DNA from: an uncultured Eubacteriales bacterium
GTDB lineage: Bacteria; Bacillota; Clostridia; Oscillospirales; CAG-382
Assembly: GCA_934444485.1 (NCBI GenBank)
Contig: CAKSCN010000002.1
Span: 1-54,701, forward strand
Direction: 5' to 3'
Length of the DNA: 54,701 bases
Below are positions 17,346-26,958 of the stretch, piece by piece. Position 1 is the first letter of the stretch. Every line of letters begins with the position of its first letter. The translations under genes and the position numbers were made by a program. Below the pieces are notes generated by a model. The model made no database searches and was not told the DNA's origin. It saw only the letters and a list, made by a program, of their open reading frames with translations.

Positions 17346-19319
17346 TTAACCTCTGCGCACGGCGCACACCGCTTTTGCCGACACCGCTCCGACCGTCACG
17401 GCGGCGTTCTCCGAGAGGTCGAGGGCTTCCTCCGTGAGAGCGTCCGTGAAGGTGTACTTTGCGATGTTGCCGCCGAAGACTCCGCCGAAATCAAAGACGA
17501 AATCGTTCTCCGATGCGTTTGCGGCGACATACAATTCCTCGCCGCTTTTTTTGTCTGTCCGCTTGAAAACATACGTGCCGTGACCGTGGTACACCGTCTC
17601 AAAGTCTCCGCCTTGCAGGCAGACGCACTCTTTTCTCATCTTTCCGAGAGCCTTGTAGTGTTCGAGAAGCTCGCTGTCCTCAAGTCCCCACGGGTACGGC
17701 GTGCGGCAGAACGGGTCGTGACCTCCCTCAACTCCTGCCTCATCGCCGTAGTAGACCGACGGGAAGCCGTAGACCGTGTATTGAAGAGTCGAGGCGAGCT
17801 TGAGCCGCTTTACGGCAAGTCGGCGTGAGTCGTCCGACATTTTGTGATGCGAAAGCTCTGCGTTTGAAAGTCCCGACAGGTCCTCGTCGGAAAGCTCCGT
17901 TAATATTCTCGACGTGTCGTGAGTGCCGAGAAGGTTCATAAGCACGCCGCAGACCGCCGTCGGATAGCTTGCGTATATCTCCGTGAGAGTGTTGTAAAGA
18001 GTCTCGTCGTCGCCGTGAAGCACGAACGCAAGCACCGCATTCTTAAAGGGATAGTTCATCACGCTGTCAAGCTGACCGCCGCCGAGATAATTTCTGAGTT
18101 TGCCGTAGGCGACCTTGTCCGCAGCGTTTTCCCACACCTCGCCGATTATGAGAGCGTCCTTGTTTGCCGCTTTGACACGTCGGCGAAGCTCATCGAGAAA
18201 CACCTCCGGAAGCTCGTCCGCAACGTCAAGCCGCCAGCCGTCGATACCCATGCGGATGTACTTTTCGCACACGCCGTCATTGCCGGTGAAGAACGCGCGG
18301 CAGTTTTCGTTCGTCTGATTGAGCTTCGGCAGAATGTCAATGCCCCACCACGACTCGTATTTGTCCGGGAACTCGCCGAAAATGTACCAGTCGTGATAGG
18401 GAGAATTTTCGCTTTGGTATGCGCCGACAGAGCCGTACTTCCCGTATCGGTTGAAGTAGACGCTGTTGTCGCCCGTGTGGTTGAATACGCCGTCGAGAAT
18501 TATCTTTATGCCGGCGGAATGCGCCTTTTCGATAAGTTCCGCGAGAGCTTCGTCGCCGCCGAACATCGCATCGACCTTCATGTAGTCGCCGGTGTCGTAC
18601 TTGTGGTTCGAGTACGCCTCGAATATCGGATTGAGGTAGAGCATCGTCACGCCGAGCGACGAGAGGTAGTCAAGCTTTTCGGCAATTCCGACGAGGTTTC
18701 CGCCGAAGAAAACGTTGTTCTTTACGAACGCTCCCGGATATTCGGCGTATTCGGTGATACCGCCGTACCAGTCCTCATTGAGAACGGCGTCGTCACGCAC
18801 GGGAAACTTTCTGCCGCCGTCGGAAAAGCGGTCGGGGAATATCTGATACATCACTCCGCCGAAGCCCACCGGCACGGTGAAGCCGTCCTCATAGCAGAGA
18901 ATGCGAAAGGGCGTGACATCGGCGCTGTCGGACAGAGTGAAATCGACGTTGTTTATGCTGTCGGTGAAGTATTCCGTGCCGTCGGTCAAGGTCAGCACGA
19001 AGCGGCAGCGAAGCAGGTATGACGTACATTCCGGCGCAAGCTCCGACGCAAGCATACCGAGAGCGAGAGGCTGAGAGAATCTGATACTGCCGCCGTCGTC
19101 GTCAAGGCTCATCATCGGGAACGTCACGGTCGGCTCAAAGGTCTTCTCGCTTCCTCTTGCAAGCTCAATCCGAGCCGATGAAACGCCGCTTTCGGCGGTA
19201 ATCTCGAATACGACGGTCGAGGAAATCGGAAACGCTCCGAGGCGGGAAACGTCCTCTCCGAGTATGTATTTTTTGACCGAAACCTCCGGTGGCTTGCGTG
19301 TGCTTGCAGTATCTGTCAT
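17346..19319 (-). CDS. Glycoside hydrolase family 13 (neopullulanase/cyclomaltodextrinase-like alpha-amylase), cytoplasmic
   Basis: GH13 regions DGVFNHTG, GWRLDVADE, EVWE and LLGTHDT. Start taken at the ATG at 19319 (MTDTAST); the track start at 19388 is possible. Confidence 0.9.
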   Translation of the reverse strand: MTDTASTRKPPEVSVKKYILGEDVSRLGAFPISSTVVFEITAESGVSSARIELARGSEKTFEPTVTFPMMSLDDDGGSIRFSQPLALGMLASELAPECTSYLLRCRFVLTLTDGTEYFTDSINNVDFTLSDSADVTPFRILCYEDGFTVPVGFGGVMYQIFPDRFSDGGRKFPVRDDAVLNEDWYGGITEYAEYPGAFVKNNVFFGGNLVGIAEKLDYLSSLGVTMLYLNPIFEAYSNHKYDTGDYMKVDAMFGGDEALAELIEKAHSAGIKIILDGVFNHTGDNSVYFNRYGKYGSVGAYQSENSPYHDWYIFGEFPDKYESWWGIDILPKLNQTNENCRAFFTGNDGVCEKYIRMGIDGWRLDVADELPEVFLDELRRRVKAANKDALIIGEVWENAADKVAYGKLRNYLGGGQLDSVMNYPFKNAVLAFVLHGDDETLYNTLTEIYASYPTAVCGVLMNLLGTHDTSRILTELSDEDLSGLSNAELSHHKMSDDSRRLAVKRLKLASTLQYTVYGFPSVYYGDEAGVEGGHDPFCRTPYPWGLEDSELLEHYKALGKMRKECVCLQGGDFETVYHGHGTYVFKRTDKKSGEELYVAANASENDFVFDFGGVFGGNIAKYTFTDALTEEALDLSENAAVTVGAVSAKAVCAVRRG

Positions 19320-19440
19320 TGCCTTGTGTCCTTTCGCTGACGTCGTTTTTCGATAACACAGTATACCATTTTCGGGACGGTTTGTCAAGGGCGGGGAAAT
19401 GTGAATAAATGTAAATATGAAATTTTTTTCTCAAAAACTA

Positions 19441-19469
19441 TTGACAAACGCTTTCGGCTGTGATATAAT
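19441..19469 (+). promoter_or_regulatory. Consensus sigma-A promoter of tRNA-Arg
   Basis: TTGACA (19441-19446), 17 nt, TATAAT (19464-19469). Confidence 0.65.
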
Positions 19470-19509
19470 ACCAAGGTACTCGGGGGAAACCGTGAGTGCC
19501 GAATATGTT

Positions 19510-19587
19510 TGCGTCGTTAGCTCAGCTGGATAGAGTGACTGGCTACGAACCAGTAGGTCAGGGGTTCGAGTCCCTTACGACGCGCCA
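19510..19587 (+). tRNA. tRNA-Arg (anticodon ACG), CCA encoded
   Basis: Hand fold: acceptor GCGTCGT/ACGACGC, D arm GCTC-AGCTGGATA-GAGT, anticodon arm ACTGG-CTACGAA-CCAGT, T arm GGGGG-TTCGAGT-CCCTT, discriminator G, then CCA. By my count the variable region is 6 nt (AGGTCA). Confidence 0.9.
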
Positions 19588-19982
19588 ACAAAGGTTGCAC
19601 ACCGAATGGTGTGTGACCTTTGTTTTTTGTCAGGGACTCGAACGGTTCGTGTCAAAAAAATAGTCCGGGGAATGTTTTTCCGCACCGGTGCCGTCCGCAG
19701 ACGGGTGAGTCCCTTACGACGCGCCAATAAAAGCTATGCATTGTATGATGTGTGGCTTTTTTTGTTATTGACTCGAACGGTGCGTGTCAAAAAATAGTCC
19801 GGGGAATGTTTTTCCGCACCGGTGCCGTCCGCAGACGGGCGAGTCCCTTACGACGCGCCAATAAAAGCTATGCATTGTATGATGTGTGGCTTTTTTGTTA
19901 TTGACTCGAACGGTTCGTGTCAAAAAAATAGTCCGGGGAATGTTTTTCCGCACCGGTGCCGCCCGCAGACTGCGACTCGCCA
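19568..19982 (+). repeat. Tandem units of about 122-139 bp, each ending in a copy of the tRNA-Arg 3-prime end
   Basis: GAGTCCCTTACGACGCGCCA occurs at 19568, 19707 and 19841, with a degenerate GCGACTCGCCA at 19972. Each unit also carries GACTCGAAC, the inverted T-loop, and a decayed hairpin. Confidence 0.85.
19589..19628 (+). terminator. Intrinsic terminator after tRNA-Arg
   Basis: CAAAGGTTGCACACC-GAAT-GGTGTGTGACCTTTG followed by TTTTTT. Confidence 0.8.
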
Positions 19983-20189
19983 ATAATGGGGTTATGCATT
20001 GTGTGTGCGCAGCCCTTGTTTTGTTTAATGCCCAAACGCTGCGTGCTTTCCCGTGCATCAGCCGAGAGTATACGCCCTTTCTCGGAAGCCTTATACCTCG
20101 CATTTACAAAACGGTCGTGATATATTTACAAAATTACGATTTATCCGAAACCCCATAAAGGTTACAATTATTACAGAAAACTTTCGGAG

Positions 20190-20918
20190 GTGAAGATATT
20201 GTACGCAATTGTCAAAAACGGTGACGGAACCTACTATACCTCGGCTGTGTTCGGCGAATTCTGCCGCATAACGGCGGAGGACGATAAGGGAAAGTATCAT
20301 GAGCGTGTACACAATTGGTTTTATGTCGTTCTCGACCGTGAGAAGAAAAAGCTCGTAAAGAAATACGTCTATCCTGCGGAAAACAAATATCTCGACCCAC
20401 GTGTGCTTGTTACGGACTGCGACAAAAGCGGATGGGTTCTTGACGAAAAGGGTTACGGCTGTTCGGATTTTCTCGCCGGCACGGATTTTTATGCTGACGA
20501 GCCGAAGCTCACTCCCTTAATGCTCAAAAGGTGTATTGAAGAGGACGCCGCATATACGTACAAAGAGGTTGTCGATGTCGAGAGCGACACGGACCTCAAA
20601 AATCTGGACTGCGCCGCCGGGGGATTTCACGACGCTTACGTCGAAAAAGCCGAGAAAAACGGAGACTCGGTGTATGTGCTGTTCGGCGGCGTGTGGGGCT
20701 GTGAAGTGGAAATGTTCTTTGACGGTGATGCGGACTTTTGCATTGACGCAAGAAGCGGAGAGCACGACGATCCCTATTGGTTTGATTCGACGCTTTTCCG
20801 TGACGGAGAGTACATTTACCTTGCTGACGCAGAGAAACTGAAGCCGGGCGACATAACGAATAATTACTGCTGGTTCAGGGGCAAACACCTGAAATACCGG
20901 ATTATCCCGGGCGAATAA
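20190..20918 (+). CDS. Hypothetical protein (about 240 aa), family not recognised
   Basis: The track GTG at 20190 overlaps the GGAGG RBS. The TTG at 20199, 8 nt after GGAGG, is the more likely start. A terminator follows. Confidence 0.55.
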   Translation: MKILYAIVKNGDGTYYTSAVFGEFCRITAEDDKGKYHERVHNWFYVVLDREKKKLVKKYVYPAENKYLDPRVLVTDCDKSGWVLDEKGYGCSDFLAGTDFYADEPKLTPLMLKRCIEEDAAYTYKEVVDVESDTDLKNLDCAAGGFHDAYVEKAEKNGDSVYVLFGGVWGCEVEMFFDGDADFCIDARSGEHDDPYWFDSTLFRDGEYIYLADAEKLKPGDITNNYCWFRGKHLKYRIIPGE

Positions 20919-20934
20919 ATATTCACATATTCCG

Positions 20935-20970
20935 CAGAGGCACTCTTTTTCAAGTGTCTCTGTTCTTTTT
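20935..20970 (+). terminator. Intrinsic terminator
   Basis: CAGAGGCACT-N8-AGTGTCTCTG followed by TTCTTTTT. Confidence 0.7.
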
Positions 20971-21157
20971 ACGTGAAAATGTTTCACAGCGGCTTTGAAA
21001 AGCACGTAAGAAAGTCTTTGTGGAAAAAGTACGTATTTGCGCTGTTTTTGACGTGGCAAACAGTGAAAAACACAGGGAAATATCTCCAAAAGTCGGAAGA
21101 CAGTGTTTCACAAATGAGTCCTGACGGTTAATTAAACGTTAAAACATATATACAACC

Positions 21158-21186
21158 TTGACAATATGGAAGAAACATGGTATACT
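21158..21186 (+). promoter_or_regulatory. Sigma-A promoter of the protease gene
   Basis: TTGACA (21158-21163), 17 nt, TATACT (21181-21186). Confidence 0.6.
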
Positions 21187-21256
21187 GTACATGGTTCGGG
21201 TGCCGAAGCGGCAAGGCGCACGGGCAAATTCAGACAACATTGTACAGGGGGTAACC

Positions 21257-23323
21257 ATGAAAAGATTTACAGCGGTTTTGTTGACCATCGTAATGGCATT
21301 GAGCGCAATGTGCGTTCCTTTTTCGGCAAGTGCCGAGAGAGATGTTTCGGCCGAAGAAGCCTTGGCGACAGAACTCAAAAGCCTCGGACTTTTCAAGGGC
21401 GTTTCCGACACTGATTTCGCACTCGGAAGAGCGCCGTCGAGAGTCGAGGCTATAGTAATGCTTATCCGTGTTCTCGGCAAAGAGAGCGAAACAACCGCAA
21501 AATCATGGAATCACCCCTTTACCGACGTGCCGACGTGGGCTGACGGATATGTCGGATACGCATACGAAAGCGGCCTCACCAAGGGAAGCTCCGCCACGCA
21601 GTTCGGCACGGGCAGTGCGACCGGCGCCATGTATGTGACGTTCGTTCTCCGTGCACTCGGTTATTCCGACGCCGACGGCAAGGACTTCACCTGGAACGAC
21701 CCCTTTACGCTTGCCGAGGAAATCGGCATATTGCCCGAGGGCGTTGACAGAGACGCCTTTCTCCGTGCCGACGTTGCGACGGTTTCCCATGCGGCGCTCT
21801 CCGCAAAGCTCAAGGACTCCGACAAGACTCTTGCCGAGAAGCTCATGGAAGCGGGCGTTTTCACGGAAGAGGACTACGGCAAGTACTGCACGCACAAGCC
21901 CGAGAAGCCTGCTGAAGAGCCTCTGAAGGAGATGAGTGCCGAGGAGATTTACGCAAACTGCGCACCGGCGGTTTTCTACATTGAAGTGTCCGACAAGGAC
22001 GGCAACGTGACCTCCACCGGAAGCGGCTTCTTCATAGACGACAAGGGAACTGCGGTCACGAACTACCACGTAATAGACGACGCACACTCTGCGACCGCTC
22101 AGTTCTCCGACGGAGACAAGAAATACGATATTCTCGGCGTTTACGATTGCAGCAGTGACGAAGACTGGGCTGTTGTAAAGGTTGACTGCGAGGAAAATCC
22201 TTATCTCAAGGTCGGCGAAGAATCGACGGTTGTGGGTGCGTCCACGGTGTACGCCATAGGAAGTCCCAAGGGACTCCAGAACACCATTACCACGGGCATC
22301 ATTTCCAATCCGTCGAGAGAAGACGGCGGCATTAAGTACATACAGACCTCTGCCGCAATATCTGCCGGAAGCAGCGGCGGTGCGCTTATAAACAAGTACG
22401 GTCAGGTCATCGGAATAACCTCCGGAAGCTACCTCGGCGGTCAGAACCTCAATGTTGCGCTTCCCATGACATACGTCGGCGACTACAGAAGCGCATCTCT
22501 CATCGACCTTGCTACCTTCTCGACAGCAGAGATAGAGTACACGATAGACCCTAAGAAGATTGAGGTTTACGAGGGCGGAGAGGCGTATATCACGCTCAAC
22601 TTCACCTGCACGGGATTCCCCGAGGACTTCAAGGATTATGACATAATGGTAGGCTGCGAAGACACGGAAATTGCGACTATAGAGTTTACCGACGAGGACG
22701 AAAACGCACGTCCGATAAACATCAAGCTCACCGGTCTTTCCAAGGGTACGACAATGCTCGTTGTGAGCAACAACCGCAACTATCAGACAAAGAGCGTGCG
22801 TGTTGACGTAAGAGCGAAGGACTTTGTTTCCTACACACGTGAGACGGCGCGCGAATACCTGACTAACTGGCTCAAGGAGAACTGCGAGGAGAAAGACGGC
22901 GTATATTCGGTGGGCTATACGATAAGAGATACCGATACGGCGCAGGTATGGTATACCTCCATATACTACAAGCCCGAAAAGAATGAGCTTGTCGTCGGCG
23001 GAATCAGGCTCCTGAGCGGCGGCGAGACATTCATGGTAAGCCTTGATATTCCGCTTAACAGAGATGTGAAATTCACCTGCTCCGTTTCAAAGGGCGACGA
23101 CCTTGTCCGAGGGGGATACGGTGTAATAGACCGTGCTTCTTTCAGAGCCGATACGACGGTAAAATTCGATTATTATACCGGTGAGAACAGCGAAAGACGT
23201 AATTTCTCCGAACAAAGTACGGAGGGCATTCACCAGATGATCAAGCTTTTCGGCTACTGCCTTGATAACAACGTCGGCGAAATCTCCATTGAGGATTTCG
23301 GCTTCACGGTATACGAAGACTGA
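21257..23323 (+). CDS. Secreted trypsin-like (S1C/HtrA-type) serine protease with N-terminal SLH-like repeats and C-terminal Ig-like/unknown domains
   Basis: Start moved to the ATG at 21257, giving signal peptide MKRFTAVLLTIVMALSAMCVPFSASA with RBS AGGGGG. Protease blocks GSGFFIDDKGTAVTNYHVIDD and TSAAISAGSSGGALINKYGQVIGI. Confidence 0.8.
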   Translation: MKRFTAVLLTIVMALSAMCVPFSASAERDVSAEEALATELKSLGLFKGVSDTDFALGRAPSRVEAIVMLIRVLGKESETTAKSWNHPFTDVPTWADGYVGYAYESGLTKGSSATQFGTGSATGAMYVTFVLRALGYSDADGKDFTWNDPFTLAEEIGILPEGVDRDAFLRADVATVSHAALSAKLKDSDKTLAEKLMEAGVFTEEDYGKYCTHKPEKPAEEPLKEMSAEEIYANCAPAVFYIEVSDKDGNVTSTGSGFFIDDKGTAVTNYHVIDDAHSATAQFSDGDKKYDILGVYDCSSDEDWAVVKVDCEENPYLKVGEESTVVGASTVYAIGSPKGLQNTITTGIISNPSREDGGIKYIQTSAAISAGSSGGALINKYGQVIGITSGSYLGGQNLNVALPMTYVGDYRSASLIDLATFSTAEIEYTIDPKKIEVYEGGEAYITLNFTCTGFPEDFKDYDIMVGCEDTEIATIEFTDEDENARPINIKLTGLSKGTTMLVVSNNRNYQTKSVRVDVRAKDFVSYTRETAREYLTNWLKENCEEKDGVYSVGYTIRDTDTAQVWYTSIYYKPEKNELVVGGIRLLSGGETFMVSLDIPLNRDVKFTCSVSKGDDLVRGGYGVIDRASFRADTTVKFDYYTGENSERRNFSEQSTEGIHQMIKLFGYCLDNNVGEISIEDFGFTVYED

Positions 23324-23360
23324 ACCCCTCACATCAACCGACTCTGAATAAGTAAGAGCC

Positions 23361-23395
23361 GCACCCCGGAGTGAAAGCTTTGGGGTGCGTTTTTT
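23361..23395 (+). terminator. Intrinsic terminator
   Basis: GCACCCC-N14-GGGGTGC followed by GTTTTTT. Confidence 0.8.
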
Positions 23396-23477
23396 GCCTG
23401 CGGAAGCATAAATATCACGCTTTTCTCTGCCGTCACCTTGCGCAAACAAACTTGCACTTTACTCTACCGCAGACCGA

Positions 23478-23927
23478 ACATAGCTTTGAAAAGCGAAGCT
23501 TTTTGCCCACAATCGTCAATTGTCAATTTTGAAAGCGCAGCTTCCCGTCATCGCACAACATTTAGACTCGCACAATATAATCATTGCAGAAAAACGACGT
23601 CAGGAGTTTTTCCACCCCAATTCTCCATTTTCCACTTTCAATTCTCAATTATTGAAAAGCGACTTTAGGAGCTTTTCCACAACAACGTTGCGAAGCAACA
23701 TTTCACATCGAGCGCAGCGAGATATTTCACGCACCGAAGGTGCATTTCACGGTTTGCGTAAGCAAAACATTTCACTCGAAAGCGAAGCTTTCATTTTACC
23801 GCTCACGCCTCAAATTCGCACCATATAATCATTGCAGAAAAACGACGTCAGGAGTTTTTCCACCCCAATTCTCCATTCTCAATTCTCCATTCTCCACTCT
23901 CCACTCTCCACTCTCCATTCTTCACTC
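23478..23927. repeat. Modular repeat locus L2
   Basis: Same modules as L1, and it abuts the AraC stop codon. ATTTCAC at 23700, 23724, 23744 and 23769, separated by hairpins. Internal 62-nt direct repeat 23568-23629 / 23816-23877 with 1 mismatch. CGTCAAT and CTCCA(T/C)T 7-nt words. Confidence 0.85.
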
Positions 23928-24725
23928 GCTCCCCCTCGGCGTCTCGCCGAATTCCTTTTTGTACGCCTTGCAGAAGTAGCTCGTGTCACTGTAACCGCAG
24001 GCGGCGGCTATCAGCTCAAGCTTTACGTGAGGCTCACTCTTCAGCATTACCTTTGCGTGCGAAAGACGGATTTTCCCGAGCATTTCAAATGCACTCATAC
24101 CGTACTTCGCCGAAAAATCACGGCAGAGCTTCGACTTCGAGTAGGGGTAAAACTCCATTATGTCGCCGAGAGTGAGCGGCTTTGAGTAGTTTGCCTCGAG
24201 AAAGTGAAGTACGTTCTCTATCGGCGTGTATTCGACCTTCAGTGCCTCTCCGAAGAAAGCGCATACCGTTTTGTAAGTCAGTGCCGACAGCATGGCTGAA
24301 TCACGCAGACTTTCGCTCTTTTCGAGAAATTCCTTTATCTCAAGCTCGGCACGCTCCGAGTTCTTCCCCTTGTATGCTCCGCTTGTCCCCACACCGTAGT
24401 AATCAAAAATGCTGTCGCAGATCGTGCCGCCGAAACCGAGAAACGTCGTCTTGAAATCGTCGTCGCCGTAGTAATAGTGCGGTACGTCCCGACGGACGAA
24501 AAACATATCGCCCTTGTCGAGCATGACCTCGTCCCCGTTTGCACCGAATACTCCGCTCCCGTCGGAAACCACAAACAGCTGCTCTATCCATACCCCGTGA
24601 ATGCTGCATATGTCCTCCTGACGGTGGCATATCTCACAGGTCGCAGGGTAAATCGGCAGCGGCTCCTCTCGGTCGAATATGAAGGTCTTCATCCTCTCGT
24701 GTATTCTCGTCTGAAACGTTTTCAT
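23922..24725 (-). CDS. AraC family transcriptional regulator (cupin + HTH)
   Basis: The C-terminus LTLGDIMEFYPYSKSKLCRDFSAKYGMSAFEMLGKIRLSHAKVML...GYSDTSYFCKAYKKEFGETP is the typical AraC dual HTH. Confidence 0.85.
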   Translation of the reverse strand: MKTFQTRIHERMKTFIFDREEPLPIYPATCEICHRQEDICSIHGVWIEQLFVVSDGSGVFGANGDEVMLDKGDMFFVRRDVPHYYYGDDDFKTTFLGFGGTICDSIFDYYGVGTSGAYKGKNSERAELEIKEFLEKSESLRDSAMLSALTYKTVCAFFGEALKVEYTPIENVLHFLEANYSKPLTLGDIMEFYPYSKSKLCRDFSAKYGMSAFEMLGKIRLSHAKVMLKSEPHVKLELIAAACGYSDTSYFCKAYKKEFGETPRGSE

Positions 24726-24873
24726 GTAAATACCTCGTGCAATATTTTTATACGTGCCGGCTTAATTTCCGCTTCGGTGCGGAATAGTGCGGCAATACAG
24801 TTATATTTTACCACGCAGCAGGGCAAATGTCAAGAGATTGAAAATATATTCCGCATTTTCCCGATTTTGTGCG

Positions 24874-24902
24874 TTGACAAAAGAACACTTGCGGTGTATA
24901 AT
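24874..24902 (+). promoter_or_regulatory. Consensus sigma-A promoter
   Basis: TTGACA (24874-24879), 17 nt, TATAAT (24897-24902). Confidence 0.6.
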
Positions 24903-24995
24903 TACGTATACAGAGGATAAATCATACACAGCTTCCGCAAACTTCACTCCGAGTCCTGACCTTCCGAATGCGGATAAGAAAGGAAAGGTGACGGA

Positions 24996-25820
24996 ATGAA
25001 ACACAGACGCAGACTGAAAGTCCTCACGGCGATTGTTGCCGCAATGTGCCTTGCCGCACCGTGTTCGGCGAAATCCGAGAGCGCACCCGACACGGAGAAT
25101 ATCGTGCTTCACGAAAGATATACCGAAAATGCGGAGGGCTTTTACATAGAAAACAACACGGCGTTTATGCCTGTGAGAAGCCTTGCGGCAATGTGCCTTG
25201 ACTCCCCATATGTCGCATGGAATCCCGCTTTGCGCACGGCTTACGTGTCCTCCGAGAACGCCGACCTTGCCGTAACCGACCTTGAAAAAGAGGCGCTGAG
25301 CATGGGCGAGACGTCAAGACTCTCTTCCGCTCCGAGGGTGAAAAACGGCAAAATGTACGTCCCCGTGAGGGACACCGCAGAGCTTTTGGGATACAGCGCA
25401 GAATGGGATGCCGCCGACAGAAGCATAACGCTTTTAAAGGACACTCCGGACGACTCCGACAGCACGCTCTTCTGGCTTTCACGCATTATCTTCGCCGAGG
25501 CAAGGGGAGAGCCGTTCGAGGGTAAGCTTGCCGTCGGCAACGTCGTTCTCGAGAGAGCCGCAAGCGGTGAATTTCCCGACACCGTCTACGGAGTTATATT
25601 CGACCGTGACCCCGTCGTGCAGTTTACGCCGCTCTCGAATTTCACCCTCTTCAATATCCCGGACGAAGAGTGCATCGACGCCGCAAAGCGTGTTCTCTCG
25701 GGCGAAAAGGCGGTGGACGGCTGCCTGTACTTCGTAAACCCCGTCACAACCTCGTCCGATTGGGTCATGAAAAACCGCGAGTTCGTCACCATGATAGGCA
25801 ACCACGCCTTCTATAAATGA
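24996..25820 (+). CDS. SleB-type cell wall hydrolase with an N-terminal copper-amine-oxidase-like (stalk) domain
   Basis: Signal peptide, then FMPVRSLAAM...KNGKMYVPVRDTAELLGYSAEWD, then the hydrolase block LSRIIFAEARGEPFEGKLAVGNVVLER...VQFTP. Confidence 0.8.
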   Translation: MKHRRRLKVLTAIVAAMCLAAPCSAKSESAPDTENIVLHERYTENAEGFYIENNTAFMPVRSLAAMCLDSPYVAWNPALRTAYVSSENADLAVTDLEKEALSMGETSRLSSAPRVKNGKMYVPVRDTAELLGYSAEWDAADRSITLLKDTPDDSDSTLFWLSRIIFAEARGEPFEGKLAVGNVVLERAASGEFPDTVYGVIFDRDPVVQFTPLSNFTLFNIPDEECIDAAKRVLSGEKAVDGCLYFVNPVTTSSDWVMKNREFVTMIGNHAFYK

Positions 25821-25858
25821 CGCAATTTTCAAAAAAGTGTAAACTTTCGCAAGAATAC

Positions 25859-25887
25859 TTGACTTTTAAGAGAAACTCTGATATAAT
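25859..25887 (+). promoter_or_regulatory. Sigma-A promoter of rplS
   Basis: TTGACT (25859-25864), 17 nt, TATAAT (25882-25887). Confidence 0.6.
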
Positions 25888-25893
25888 CACCCT

Positions 25894-25986
25894 GTTACTG
25901 TGCCGTGGCTTGCGGTGCAGGTACAGAATATGGATATTCCTCTGCAGCTGCTGCAAGAATGTCTGAAATTTAAGGAGGAAAGCACG
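25894..25986 (+). promoter_or_regulatory. Structured 5-prime UTR of rplS (candidate L19 ribosomal-protein leader)
   Basis: About 93-nt leader with nested pairing: CTTGC (25909-25913) with GCAAG (25953-25957), and TGCAG (25916-25920) with CTGCA (25942-25946). Firmicute rplS genes are known to carry an autoregulatory leader. The identity here is not verified. Confidence 0.35.
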
Positions 25987-26331
25987 ATGAACAACATTGT
26001 AAATGCTTTTGCAAACGAGCAGCTTAAGACCGAGGTTCCCTCGTTCAACATCGGTGATACCGTTAAGGTTCACAACAGAATCAAGGAAGGTCAGAGAGAA
26101 AGAATACAGCTCTTCGAGGGCACGGTAATTGCCAAGAAGAACGGCGGTATTTCCGAGAGCTTCACCGTAAGACGTGTTGCTTACGGCTGCGGCGTGGAAA
26201 AGACATTCCCTCTTCACTCCCCCAACGTAGTTAAGGTTGAGGTAGTAAGAACCGGTAAGGTCAGAAGATCCAAGCTCTACTACATCAGAGAGCGTATCGG
26301 TAAGAGCGCTAAGGTCAAGGAAAAGATCTGA
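25987..26331 (+). CDS. rplS: 50S ribosomal protein L19
   Basis: [54 protein letters not shown]... RBS AAGGAGG. The track ORF starts upstream at 25900. Confidence 0.95.
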   Translation: MNNIVNAFANEQLKTEVPSFNIGDTVKVHNRIKEGQRERIQLFEGTVIAKKNGGISESFTVRRVAYGCGVEKTFPLHSPNVVKVEVVRTGKVRRSKLYYIRERIGKSAKVKEKI

Positions 26332-26472
26332 GTTTGATTTGATGAAACGTAAATCGGGGTCGGCGGTTGTCGGCTCCGGTTCGTTTTTACGGCAAAAATC
26401 ACACTTGCAGAGCGAAAAAGCACAAGGAATTTGTCGGAAAGCAACAAATTTTCGATTTTCTCAAAAAAGCTC

Positions 26473-26501
26473 TTGACAAACGCCGACTTGTGTGGTATCA
26501 T
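26473..26501 (+). promoter_or_regulatory. Sigma-A promoter (extended -10) of the T-box leader
   Basis: TTGACA (26473-26478), 17 nt, TGgTATCAT (-10 at 26496-26501). Confidence 0.6.
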
Positions 26502-26507
26502 AATCGC

Positions 26508-26828
26508 AACAAATAAATCGAACGGCAAAACCGAGCGGTTTCATACAAAACCTGTGATTAAGAGTAGTAGCGATCATCGGAAACTCAAAGAGAGCCGCAG
26601 ACAGTGAGATTGCGGCAGCGGAAGGGTTCGTGAATGGACTTATGAGGGCGACCGAACGCACGGAGCATTTCGTGTCAGTAGCATTCGACGGGTACCGAGC
26701 CTGTTACAAATTCGGAGCGTATCAATGACGGTACGGCAGAGAGGGCGCACGGCAGCGTCAATTTGGGTGGCAACACGGATATGATTATTCGTCCCAAGTG
26801 AGGGTAAGACTTCGCTTGGGATTTTTTG
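26508..26828 (+). promoter_or_regulatory. T-box riboswitch leader, specifier read as UGG (Trp)
   Basis: Stem I elements AAGAGTAGTA and AGAGAG. Specifier context GAA-TGG-A-CTTA, with TGG at 26635-26637. T-box sequence AATTTGGGTGGCAACACGG at 26760-26778. Terminator CCCAAG-N16-CTTGGG + ATTTTTT at 26793-26828. Confidence 0.8.
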
Positions 26829-26958
26829 TTTTGTACGAAAGGAGAGGGCGCACATGAAAAATACGGACTACGGCCGATGGCGAAGAGAAACGTCCTCGTC
26901 ACACCGAAAATCGTAAATCATCACAAACAAAAACACAATTTGAAAAGGAGATAACATC

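Noticed and set aside
19630-19706. The units downstream of tRNA-Arg as additional tRNA genes or tRNA pseudogenes.
   Set aside because: Only the T-arm and acceptor 3-prime half (about 20-25 nt) is present. No D arm or anticodon arm can be folded.
26854-26916. A 20-codon ORF (MKNTDYGRWRRETSSSHRKS) with a strong RBS between the T-box terminator and the SBP gene, considered as a possible Trp leader peptide.
   Set aside because: It has only one Trp codon and no tandem W codons or alternative-hairpin logic. The T-box already explains regulation. I cannot support it as a gene.
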